This document shows, piece by piece, positions 10,601 to 20,317 of a stretch of 64,000 nucleotides of DNA. This DNA comes from Somniosus microcephalus. Lineage: Eukaryota. Under the pieces are notes generated by a model that was given only the letters and a program-made list of their open reading frames with translations, searched no databases and was not told where the DNA came from. The first letter of the stretch is position 1. Each line of letters opens with the position of its first letter. The position numbers and the translations under genes are program-made. The DNA is taken from positions 39,246,001-39,310,000 of the forward strand of contig CM126209.1 of NCBI GenBank assembly GCA_052327205.1, read 5' to 3'.

Positions 10601-11549
10601 TGGCTGGAGTCGTCCAAGATGGCTGCTGCTGCGGTGGTTCGCACATGGCTGGGGAGGCCCAAGATGGCGGCCCACATGGCCCACACGCGGCGCTGTTGGG
10701 GGCCCAAGATGGCGGCTCGCACGGCCCACACGCGGCGCTGCTGGCGTTCGGGGTGGCTTTGGCCTTGCAGACGCTAGCGTAGTGTCCCTTTTTCCCGCAG
10801 CCCGAGCAGGTTGCATTCTTCGCCGGGCAGCGCGCTCTGGGGTGTTTGGCCTGGCCACAGAAGTAGCATTTCTGGCCTTGGGATACTGCTGTCTGGCTTT
10901 GGGACACTGCTGCGGTGGTTGGGCCGTTGTTGGGCTGTGTCTGGGGTGGCACGGTGCTATGGGGCTGTCCTACCGTGTCCCAGGTTGTCGTTCCCCGCGG
11001 CGTCCACGGTGCAGAGGAGTAGGCATCCATTCCCCGGTAGGCTGCGTCCAGCGTTAGTGCGATTTCGGAGGCTTTGTCGAGGGTGAGGTCACTCTGCTCC
11101 AGCAGTCGCTGTCGGGTGTAGTTGGACCTGTGGCCCGCTACGAAGGCATCCCGGATCAGTTCCTCCGTGTACTTAGTGGACGTTACCGCCTTACACCCAC
11201 AGGCCCGGCCAAGCACGGACAGTGCTTGGAGGTATTCCTCAGTCGATTCCCCAGGTTGTTGCTTGTGACTCCCCAGGAGGTGCCTGGCGTAAACTTCGTT
11301 CACAGGGCGCGTGTACTGGGTCTTGAGGAGCTGGAGGGCGGCTGTGTACGAGGTCGCGTCCCGGATGACTGAGTACACTCGGTGGTTCACCTTGGAGATC
11401 AGGACAGACAGTTTGTTCGCATCCGTTACGACCGCAGTGGAGGCAGTCAGGAATGCCTCGAAGCACATGAGCCAGTGAGCAAACTTGGTGGAAGCGTCCG
11501 CTTCCCGACTGTCCAGGCCCAGGCATGCTGGTGTGAGGATCTTCTCCAT
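7635..11549 (-). CDS. Gag-Pol polyprotein (Gag, protease, RT, RNase H, integrase), 1304 aa; integrase D>N and a C-terminal frameshift
   Basis: CYFCGQAKHPRARC and CSGCGKKGHYASVC knuckles; LFDSGS protease; PFGV..G...FQ and YLDN RT; SDASD RNase H; H..LCH..CQDC, VDFKG, HSNRG, VEREN integrase. Confidence 0.95.
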   Translation of the reverse strand: MEKILTPACLGLDSREADASTKFAHWLMCFEAFLTASTAVVTDANKLSVLISKVNHRVYSVIRDATSYTAALQLLKTQYTRPVNEVYARHLLGSHKQQPGESTEEYLQALSVLGRACGCKAVTSTKYTEELIRDAFVAGHRSNYTRQRLLEQSDLTLDKASEIALTLDAAYRGMDAYSSAPWTPRGTTTWDTVGQPHSTVPPQTQPNNGPTTAAVSQSQTAVSQGQKCYFCGQAKHPRARCPAKNATCSGCGKKGHYASVCKAKATPNASSAACGPCEPPSWAPNSAACGPCGPPSWASPAMCEPPQQQPSWTTPATWESWTPPSWTPAGTQQAANPCPSDTRSDTPTPTLASVMLDQTRPHQLARSKMDVKVNGHAINCLFDSGSTESFIHPDTVRRCSLPVLPAHQRISMAAESQSADIGGYCVVTLVVDGTVFNNCKLLVLPQLCAAVLLGLHFQCHLKSVKMAYGGPLPPLTVCSQQPPNCPPRTRCNLSTLRVPPPPLFANLTPDCKPIATKSRRYSARDRVFIKTEVERLLKEGIIEGSSSPWRAQVVVVKTGEKQRLLIDYSQTINRYTLLDAYPLPRIADMANQIAQYRVFSTIDLKSAYHQLPIRPEDRQYTAFEANGRIYHFLRVPFGVTNGVSVFQREMDRMVDQNALQATFPYLDNVTICGHDLQDHDTNLEKFLRTAQLLNLTYNKEKCIFRTDRLAILGCVVEHGVIGPDPDRMRPLMELPLPHCLKALKRCLGFFSYYAQWVPYYADKARPLIKSTSFPLMAEARSAFHRIKEDIAKATMHAVDESIPFQVESDASDFALAATLNQAGRPVAFFSRTLQGPETRYSAVEKEAQAIVEAVRHWRHYLAGKRFTLLTDQRSVAFMFNNKQRGKIKNDKILRWRIELSTYNYEILYRPGKLNEPPDALSRGTCASAQIDRLRALHNDLCHPGVTRFFHFIKARNLPYSIEEVRTMTKNCQDCAECKPHFYRPDRAHLIKATRPFERLSVDFKGPLPSSDRNVYFLNIIDKYSRFLFAIPCPDMTSATVIKCLNSLFTLFGFPSYIHSNRGSSFMSDELRQYLLARGIATSRTTSYNPRGNGQVERENATVWKAALLALKSRGLPTSRWQEVLPDALHSIRSLLCTANNATPHEKMFVFPRKSTLGTALPPWLTSPGPVLLRRHVRTNKMDPLVERVDLLHANPQYAYIAYPDGREDTVSIRDLAPSGTAVTHYPLPPPPTTPSGTAVTHYPLPPPPRPDIQPQQPARLGPSPTRTTLQCPSLHGTRRRKLHHPCRRHVDHSGRQDLRRDSNT
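7802..7902. repeat. Tandem duplication (50 + 51 bp) in the integrase tail
   Basis: Two copies encoding PSGTAVTHYPLPPP; the copy at 7802 is one base short in its G-run. Confidence 0.9.
10560..10745. repeat. Degenerate 42-45 bp coding tandem repeat (PPSW motif) between Gag and protease
   Basis: CCAAGATGGC recurs at 10572, 10614, 10659 and 10704. Confidence 0.85.
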
Positions 11550-11573
11550 TATAAAAAATTTAGTTAATAAAAT

Positions 11574-11808
11574 TGATGCGCCATCAATTACTCAAAAGAC
11601 TGAGGTTAAGCGAGTAACAACCAGGCTTTTATTAACTAAAGAATGAAGGTCTAGTCTCGAGTGGTCGACCCGTCCAGAATACTAAGGGACTGGGAGGTAG
11701 TCACTTATATACCTGGAATAGTGGGAGGAGTCAGCCGAGGCATGTCCAGACCTGTACCTAGTGGAATACACATACACATACAGACAGGTATAACAGTGGT
11801 TTACCACA
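11574..11808 (-). repeat. 5' LTR of inner element
   Basis: Copy of 7349-7583; TATATAAG near 11704-11711 and AATAAA at 11628-11633 on the minus strand. Confidence 0.95.
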
Positions 11809-11813
11809 CACGC

Positions 11814-14800
11814 GCAGATCGGCGCGAAGGCAAAGCGTTGCCGCCCTCCCTGCAGTTTTCCCCAACAAAACAAACCACAATGGACACTGCGACCACCGAG
11901 GAACGGGTCTAATGGGCACCCTGCGGCCGCGATGGCGATCGGCAACGCGGGAAAATTGCTGTTCATCACTGATACTCTCTCCGGTCGTCGTTTTCTGTGC
12001 AACACCGGAGCGCAGTGCAGCATTTTACCCGCGTCCACCCTTGATGTGCAGACAAGGAATCACGGCCCCGCCCTTGAAGCGGCCAATGGCGGAACAATTC
12101 GGACCTTTGGCAGACGGCGAGTGGAGGTGTGCCTCGGGGGGCAACGTTTTCACTGGGAGTTTGTTATGGCCAAAGTTTCCCAGCCCCTCCTCGGCGCGGA
12201 TTTCCTGTGCACCAACAGCCTCCTGGTCGACGTTAGGAACCGGCGGCTGATCAACGCATCAACTTTTAATTCTCTTCCGTGTTACCGCAGTAACACTACG
12301 TCGCGCACGGTCTCCTGTGCATTCCCGACTCCTGATGAGTTTGCTCGCCTGCTCGGCGAATTCCCCGACCTGACAAGACCCACGTTCTCCTCCACAGCCA
12401 CGAAACATGGTGTGGAACACCACATCACCACCAACGGCCCCCCGGTCTACGCGCGGGCCTGGCGCCTGGAACCTGGCAAGCTGGCGGTCGCAAAGGCGGA
12501 GTTCGCAACCATGGAATGGTTAGGGATTATTCACCGGTCAAATAGTCCCTGGTCTTCACCCCTCCATATCGTCCTGAAGCCTGGTGGCGGATGGCGGCCA
12601 TGCAGCGACTATCGATGCCTAAACGACGCCACCACTCCTGATCGGTACCCAATCCCCCACATTCAGGATTTCTCTGCCCATTTGGCAGGGAACACTGTGT
12701 TCTCAAAAGTCGACCTCGTCTGGGGCTACCACCAGGTCCCAGTTCATCCACAAGACATCCAGAAGACCGCAGTCATCACCCCATTCGGCCTCTTCGAGTT
12801 TTTACGAATGCCGTTTGGGTTAAAGAACGCCGCCCAGGCTTTCCAACGCCTGATGGACTCCGTGCTACAGGACCTCAAGTTCCTCTTCGTCTACCTAGAC
12901 GATATTCTAATTGCCAGTCCTACTAAGGAAGAACATACCTGTCACCTACGCACCCTTTTTCGACGCCTCAGCCAACACGGCCTGATTATCAACCCGGCCA
13001 AGTGTCAGTTTGGCCTGCACCAAATTGACTTCCTGGGGCATCACATCACCTCTGAGGGAACGGTTCCTTTACCTTCGAAAGTAGAGGCGGTGACATCCTT
13101 TCCACGCCCGCAGAACGTAAAGGCCCTGTAGGAATTCCTAGGCATGGTAAACTTTTACCACCATTTTGTGCCTAAGGCGGCACTACTCATGCAGCCCCTG
13201 TATGAGGCCCTCAAGGGCAAGACTGGCAAGAACCCAGTAGACTGGACGGATGACATGGCCCGAGCGTTCGCCGACACCAAAAGCGCCTTAGCCAACGCGA
13301 CTATGCTGGCGCACCCGCTTCCAGGAGCCACCATCGCCCTCACCACCGACGCGTCAGACTACGCAGTCGGTGCCGTGCAACAGCAGTGGGTGAACGGGAC
13401 GTGGCAGCCGTTGGCATTCTTCAGCCGTCCACTACGGCAGAACGAGAGAGCATACAGCACGTTCGACCGGGAGTTGCTCGCCCTTTTTCTGGCCATGCGC
13501 CGTTTTCGGTTCCTACTGGAAGGACGCCCTTTTACCGCCTTTGTGGACCATAAGCCGCTGACCTTTGCAATGTCCAAGACCGCCGAACCGCGGTCAGCCC
13601 GACAGCAGTGTCAACTGACCTACATATCCGAATTCACCACGGATATACAGCACGTGGCCGGTAAGGACAACCTGGTGGCAGACTGCCTCTCCCGCGCGAT
13701 CGTCAATACGGTTCATTTGGGCATCGACTACGCCCTCATGGCAGCGGACCAAGCCTCAGACCCAGAAGTCCAAGCTTACAGAATGGCCATCACTGGCCTC
13801 CAGTTGGCCGACATCAAGTTCCATTCGGCAGGTACCACGCTGTTGTGTGACGTCTCTGTACAGGATTCTCGCCCTGTCGTGCCGGTCGTCTGGCGCCGCA
13901 AAGTGTTCGATGCCATACATGGGTTGTCCCACCCAGCAATGAAGGCCTCTCAGAAACTGATGTCAGCGAAATTTGTATGGCATGGCATGCATAAAGATGT
14001 CCACAACTGGGCCAACACCTGCGTGGTCTGCCAAAAGGCCAAGGTACAGCGCCACATCAAAGCTCCGTTGGCCACCTTCACAGTTCCGGAGCGACGTTTT
14101 CACCATGTCAACGTAGACCTGGTAGGACCACTCCCACCCTCCCATGGTTTTTCACACATCCTGACCATGGTTGATCGCACCACCAGATGGCCGGAGGCGG
14201 TCCCCCTGTCATCCACTACTTCAGCGGACGCGGCCAGGGCATTCATTTCCTCCTGGATCGCCCATTTTGGAGTGCCCGCAGATATTTCGTCAGACAGGGG
14301 ACCGCAGTTTTCCTCCGAACTCTGGAATGCAGTGGCCCAAGGACTCGGTGTCAAATTACACCGCACCACAGCCTACCACCCACAGACGAATGGCCTCTGC
14401 GAACGCTTCCACCGGTCAATGAAAGCCGCCCTGAGGGCCAGCCTCCAGGACGCTGGATGGGCAGACAAGCTACTGTGGGTCCTGTTGGGCCTTCGCACGG
14501 CCCCCAAAGAAGACCTTCACTCTTCATCAGCGGAGCTTGTGTATGGTCAGCCGCTGCGAGTCCCGGGGGACTTCCTACCAACATCGACGGAGCCATGGTC
14601 CGCGTCTGCCCAGCTTGCTAGTCACCAAGAGGCGGCCAGATGTTTCACACCGGTGCCCACTTCGCACCACGGGCTGCAGAGGTCACACGTTCCCACGGAG
14701 CTTCACAAGGCTGAATACGTTTTTATTCGCCATGACGCACATAGGGATCCGCTCAAGGCCCCATATACCGGTCCCTTCCGCGTGTTGGAAGCAGGGGACA

Positions 14801-15079
14801 AAACCTTCACGGTAGATGTCAGTGGTTAAACCGGACCACATTTCGTTCGACCGCTTAAAGCCAGCACATTTAGACCTCGACTGCCCCGTCGAGACAGCAC
14901 AACCGCCGAGACGGGGTCGGCCACCCATCGTCATTACGGCAGACCAAGTGCGACCGCCCGCCAGACCGCCAGCCGACCAGCAGCCTCTGCCTCGAGAATA
15001 CAGGAGTCGTTCTGACAGGCTTGTCAGACCCCCTCACCATTTGACTTTGTCCGTTAAAGCGAATTCTGGGGGGGGCACA
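11814..15079 (+). pseudogene. Remainder of outer gag-pol (end of CHCC knuckle, PR, RT, RH, IN), inactivated
   Basis: ORFs 11932-13131 and 13144-14829 are in one frame, separated by TAG; FLCNTGA, YLDD, TDASD, HHCC, VDLVGP/SDRG/CERFH, PYTGPF; frameshift near 14827. Confidence 0.92.
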
Positions 15080-15379
15080 TGTGGCAGAACCACTGAATGA
15101 CTCTGGCTAACTGTATATAATTCTCTTTAACGATGTTCTAAAACCAGCCTAAACCTGTACCATTGTGTTAGGCATTACTATGTTTTGTATATAGAGTTTG
15201 CATGTACGGGGCGTGGCCCCTTTAAGAGCGCGGGAAAACATGGGTAAACGCGATGATGTCACGTCGCAAACCACGGGGCTGCCCAGGCAGTCCTTGTGGC
15301 ATCTCTGTTGAGTAAAGACCTGTTTAATTGTTCTCTTGCGTCGATCTCCGTTATTCGTAGGAATTCGTTAATTCCTACA
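15080..15379 (+). repeat. 3' LTR of outer element
   Basis: Preceded by G8 PPT (15068-15075), followed by TSD GTAT. Confidence 0.95.
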
Positions 15380-15683
15380 GTATCTAGATTTTCGAAAAAA
15401 ATTGAATAAAATAATGCGCTGCTAAATAAAGTTGCATCTTGTGGGATTGGCGAGCGGGTCTTAGGTTGGATAAAGGACTGGTTGCATTTGTGTAGACAGA
15501 GAGTAGTTATTAATGTTAGGAGCTTTGTGTGGGGTGCCAATCAATAGTGGAATCCAGCAAGGATCAGTGTTAGGGCTGTTGATCTTCACCATCTTTATTA
15601 ATGAAGGCATCAGAGGAATGATCTGCAACTTTGCAGATGACATGAAGAAATGCGTGGGAATTGGGACCTTAGGTAAAATATAT

Positions 15684-16460
15684 AGGCCCAGGTTGTGTGG
15701 TCAGTGGCGAAGGAACGGCACTTGCCGTTCACCTCACTGACAGCCATTTTGTGGGCTTTTGAGCGGAGACTTGCTCTAATCCGCCGTCTGACCCAGCGCG
15801 GCGCCCTCTACAGGGCATCGGTGGTGTCTGTGAGCAGGATAAAGCAACAGCGAGGCTTTTCAACCAATCAGATTGAAGAATCCTCACTGAGACACGCAGA
15901 ATCTAAACCAGGAAGTATAAAGCCGGAAGTATAAATTATATTTAAATTGTATACAGAAAGCCAAACAAAGATTGGGAAAGACAAATGGGATTAAGAGAGA
16001 GAAACATAAGAGAGAGAAAAAGTAAAACAGATTATTTTAATTTTTATTCTTTTTGAAATCTCCAACACTAATTAATTTCTGAAGGAGTGAGACTCCACAC
16101 TTGCAAAATTATATTTTCATGGCCAGAGAGGTTGTTTGGCAGTAATTATCACTTACCACACCGTTAAAAATTCACTTACTCCTGAATACACCAGCCCTAA
16201 CTTTTTCTGGTGTCTTTAGTGGGGAACTAATGGGCAAGTACCCCAAAATTCACGCCGTGGCATTGATTTCAGTGCCGAGTCTATTGGCAAGGACTGTTAC
16301 AGTGCAGCCTGTGGAGGAGCGGGGTATCTCTGACAGCAGCTTCTGGAATTCTGCAATTAACTGCGCATGTGTGGACACTGAAAGTTGCTATCCAATTTGC
16401 CCCATTATAACGGTGAGCACTGTTAGCCTCACTGTTATTATCTATGCAAAATCCGGGCCT
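15684..16460. mobile_element. Non-autonomous TIR element (777 bp, probably Harbinger type) inserted in the CR1 fragment
   Basis: Imperfect TIRs AGGCCCAGGTTGTG / GCAAAATCCGGGCCT; CR1 homology resumes after it; second copy at 57716-58456. Confidence 0.75.
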
Positions 16461-16837
16461 TAGTTTGCAGGAGGATCTGGAGGCAACAGGGGAATGGCCC
16501 ATGTCTGGCAAGAGTCTTTCAATATAGACAAGCATGATGCATTTTGGCAGGGGCAATTCAAGCAGGTATACGCCATGCAGAGTTATGTGCTCAAGGCTAC
16601 TGAGTGGGTGAAGAATCTGAGGATTGTAGTTCAATAACTATTGAAGATCCAATACTAGTGTCACGAGGCTATTGTAAAAGCAAATGGGATGTTCGGGTGC
16701 ATAGTTTTCTGTTCATATTTTTCTTCCATTGTGCAGCACTTTACACTTGTATGTATATCAAGTTTTCCATAATTCCAACCATGTATATATGTCTAGCTCA
16801 GTTTGAAGTTACTAAGCTGCCTTTTCACTTTCAATGA

Positions 16838-17050
16838 CCCTTCCTAGTTTGGTATCTTCTTCAAATTTGACCAGTTTGCATTGAGCTTCTGAATCCAAAT
16901 CATCAATATAAGTTGGAAATAATAAGAATCCCAACACTGCTCTCTGGGACACTCCAGTTTAGTATTCCCTCACCCAGACTTAACGCTTCTAACAAGTACT
17001 TGCTGCTTCCTATCCTTCAGCCAATTTCTTATCCATTTTCATATATTTAC
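16838..17050 (-). mobile_element. Old CR1 RT fragment
   Basis: Minus strand reads GVSQRAVLGFLLFPTYIDDLDSEAQCKLVKFEEDTKLG (decayed GVPQGSVLG...FADDTKL). Confidence 0.75.
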
Positions 17051-17231
17051 CCATAAACAATAAGTGCAGTATTCGATCATAGAGCACATAATAGCCAAAC
17101 CTGATCCTGTCCTCAACCTATGCCTGCACACACAATTTCCAGCAGAATTCACTGAATAATGATCAGGGATAGGAATAGACTTCCTTTTTTTTCACTTTCC
17201 ACTACAGGGACACTGAGGATGGTAAACAAGT

Positions 17232-17672
17232 AAGACTTTTTATATAATTTATACAATGCTTTCATGGCCTTGGGTCATCCCAAAATGTTTTACAGCCAAT
17301 TAAGTACCTTTGAAGTGTAGGTCACTGTTGTAATGTAGCCAACATGGCAGTCAATTTGTGCACAGCAAGCTCCCACAAATAACAATGTGATAATCACCAG
17401 ATAATCTGTTTTAGTGATGTTGGTTGAGGGATAACTATTAGCCAGGACACCAGGGACAACTCCCCTGCTCTTCTGTGAAATAGTGCCACGGGATCTTTTA
17501 CGTTCACCTGAGAGGGCAGATGGGGCCTTGGTTTAACATCTGATCTGAAAGACAGCACCTCTGACAGTGCCGCACTCGCTAGATTTTGTGCTCAAGTCTC
17601 AGGAGTGGGACTATGAACCCACAACCTGCTGACTCAGAGGCGAGAGTGCTGTCCACTGAGCCATGTCTAACG
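17232..17672 (-). mobile_element. Near full-length tRNA-derived DeuSINE (SacSINE1-like)
   Basis: Head with A box TGGCTCAGTGG and B-box-like GGTTCATAGTCC on the minus strand; body shared with 4222-4542 and 53231-53398. Confidence 0.8.
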
Positions 17673-17743
17673 CCTACCACTAGGTAGGCTCCCACTACCG
17701 TCCCACTTGAAATCAAGTAACTCATCACTGATCAGGGAAGCTA

Positions 17744-18097
17744 CAGGAAACTCCCTTTTAACCGACACCTAAATATCCGGATATCTCTCTTAACCGGCAA
17801 AATTCAGGAGTAGGTTCAGGTAATTTTACTATATATTAGTGGCCATGTAATCGGGGTTCCTGGATCTGTGGCCGTGTAACCGGGGTTCCTGCACCTATGG
17901 CCGTGCAACAGGGACTCCTGGATCTGTGACCATGTAACCGGGACTCCTGCACAAGTGCCGTGTAACCGGGGTTCCTGCACCTGTGGTCATGTACGGGGCT
18001 CTCGTACCTTGGTAATTATACCTCTCTGTAATCCGGACTTTTTGATCAACCAGCACCACGCCAGACCCGTCGGTGCCGGATAAAAAATAGTTTCCTG
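17744..18097. mobile_element. Tc1/mariner (pogo/Tigger-like) MITE
   Basis: TA|CAGGAAACT ... AGTTTCCTG|TA ends with TA TSD; related element at 61219-61647. Confidence 0.75.
17839..18010. repeat. 29-bp minisatellite, about 6 copies, inside the MITE
   Basis: GTGGCCGTGTAACCGGGGTTCCTGCACCT-like units in direct tandem. Confidence 0.9.
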
Positions 18098-19319
18098 TAC
18101 TTGGAATTTTCTTCGATCTGTACAGATCAGTTCTATGTCATGTATTTACCTACTGAGCAATCGCGAGGTTTTAAAAAAACATTTCCACATACCCTTATTG
18201 AGACTGCTGCTTCATGAAATATTTGTTATTTCATTTATTTTCTAGGTTTGGAATTTAGGATTCGATCCTTATCTTGTTAATCCTTGCTGGTTATAGTAAG
18301 CCTGCTCGAGCTGTCATTATCTCGGGTACCATTTGGGACACTCAGTCAAACTGCAGATCCAGATTGGAGACTTTTTTTAAATCATCCATATGTTTGTATT
18401 TAGCATATCGTTCATGGTATAAATCAAGATATTAACAATTCTATAATCAATAGCACCAAATTAAATACTAAAGCTCATGTAAATTCAGTCCAGAGCAGGA
18501 CAACTTAACTAATCATATCTGTCTGATGACTGTTGAAATTAAGGCTTATAGAATTTCGTGATTCCATGGCCACAGAATTTACCACAAATATAACCCAGTC
18601 TATGGAATTTTCTCTTCTCCACAGACTCTCTTTAAAAAAAATACAATGGAAATCTTGATTTCCTCTTCATTGTTGGCGGTGATGTGATTGTTCTGCTGTT
18701 TTGAGTTATTTTTAGTGAATTTCTTCATACAGTTAGATGCAGAAAATTCCTCAATCTTCTTTTGATAGACTGTGAGAAGTGAACTGGAAATGTACTCCAC
18801 AGTTAGCCTTTTAGTTATTGTGACTTATTCTATTTCTCATCCATATGCAGTTACTATTAATGTCAATGTACTATAGAATGGTTTTATTTATAACTGATGA
18901 ATCAGGATACTACATAATCATTCTGCAGCTTTTTTAGGCCAACAGGCTTTATTTTGCATATATTTTGCCAATATGAATAATTTTTTAAGACAGCCATGTG
19001 GCACAGTGCCAACACAGAATCAAAGGACATGAGTTTGTACTTATGATTCCCTATATGGTGAGTCTCCAATCTGAATAAGCTAACAGGAAAAGGCACCCAG
19101 TAAAGATTAGGTGATCTCTCTAAAGGAAGGGAGGGAAAATCGGACAGCAAGCAAACCTGTGCTGCTTTCATGAACCTATTACTGACTGATTACAGTCCAG
19201 CCATTGGCAAATGCCTGAAAGCAGATCACCTGCCTATTGTCCTTTTGAGAATGGTGTCTAGGAATTGGGGTGGCACAGGGGCCTAACACACAGTCCCTGA
19301 ACCTTTCAGGCCCAAGTAT

Positions 19320-20317
19320 GAATCCTTGGCCCCCTCCTATTTCTCATCTACATGCTGCCCCTCAGCGACATCATCCGAAAACACAGCATCAGTTTCCACA
19401 TGTACGCTGACGACACCCAGCTCTACCTCACCACCACCTCTCGTGACCCCCCGCCCCCCTCCACTGTCTCTAAATTGTCACACTATTTGTCTGCCATCCA
19501 ATGCTGGATGAGCAGAAATTTCCTCCAACTAAATATTGGGAAGACCGAAGCCACTGACTCCATCCCTCTTCCTGGAAACCATCTGAGGCTGAACCAGACT
19601 GTCCGCAACCTTGGCATCATATTTGACCCCGAGATCAGCTTCCGACCACATATCCATGTAAACTCTAAGACCGCCGATTTCCAGACTCCGCCCCGCCTCA
19701 GTTCATCTGCTGCTGAAAACCTCATCCCTGCCGTTGTTACCTCTAGACTTGACTATAACAATGCACTCCTGGCTGGCCTTCCATTTTCTACCCTCCGTAA
19801 ACTTGCGGTCATCCAAAACTCTGTTGCCCGTGTCCTATTTGGCACCAAGTCTCGTTCAGCCACCACCTCTGTGCTCGCTACCCTCTATTGGCTCCCAGTT
19901 GAGCAACGCCTCGATTTTAAAATTCTCATCCTTGTTTTCAAATCCCTCCATGGCCTTACCCGCCCCTATCTCTGTCATTTCCTCCAGCTCTACAACCCTC
20001 CAAGATATCTGCGCTCCTCCAATTTTGGCCTCTTGAGCATCCCCGATTTTAATCTCTCCACCACTGGCGGCCGTGCCTTCAGCTGCCAAGGCTGTGAGCT
20101 CTGGAATTCCCTCCGTAAACTTCTCCGCCTCGCTACCTCCTTTCCTCCTTCAAGACACTCTGTAAAACCTACCTCTTTGACCAAACTTTTGGTGATCTAC
20201 CCTAATATCTCCTTATGTGGTCAGTGTCAAATTTTGTTTCATAACACTCCTGTGAAGCACCTTGGGGCATTTTACTATGTTAAAGGTGCTATATAAATGC
20301 AAGTTGTTATTGTTGTT
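19320..20317 (+). mobile_element. L2-clade LINE 3' fragment (RT C-terminus and tail)
   Basis: ORF 19352-20296 has HMYADDTQLY, WM..NFLQLN.GKTE, VRNLG..FD, SRLDY.N, WLPV; tail GGTGCTATATAAATGCAAGTTGTTATTGTTGTT. Confidence 0.9.

Larger units (their letters stand above)
7349..11808 (-). mobile_element. Young Ty3/Gypsy LTR retrotransposon, Mag type, nested antisense in the outer gag
   Basis: 235-bp LTRs differing at 2 positions; 5-bp TSD CATGC/CACGC (7344-7348, 11809-11813); PPT AAACAAGGGGTGAA; single gag-pol ORF with two zinc knuckles. Confidence 0.95.
6436..15379 (+). mobile_element. Ty3/Gypsy LTR retrotransposon, CsRn1/Kabuki/Boudicca type, interrupted by a nested element
   Basis: Two 300-bp LTRs (TG..CA), 4-bp TSD GTAT (6432-6435, 15380-15383), tRNA-Trp PBS, G-run PPT, CHCC Gag motif, PR-RT-RH-IN order with GPY/F motif. 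Confidence 0.95.
6339..16705 (+). mobile_element. Old CR1 RT fragment split into three pieces (6339-6435, 15384-15683, 16461-~16705)
   Basis: Removing the insertions gives SCLTN..FFEEVMKLVVDGSLVNILY|LDFRK...WIKDWL...QQGSVLGLLIFTIFIN..ICNFADD...|LQEDL... Confidence 0.8.

Noticed and set aside
7760-11567. Many overlapping + strand and alternate-frame ORFs
   Set aside because: Shadows of the GC-rich gag-pol ORF with no independent motifs
17600-17672. tRNA gene
   Set aside because: A/B boxes belong to a SINE head continuous with the SINE body; no convincing cloverleaf
17839-18010. CRISPR-like array
   Set aside because: Direct tandem 29-mers without unique spacers, inside a MITE in vertebrate DNA
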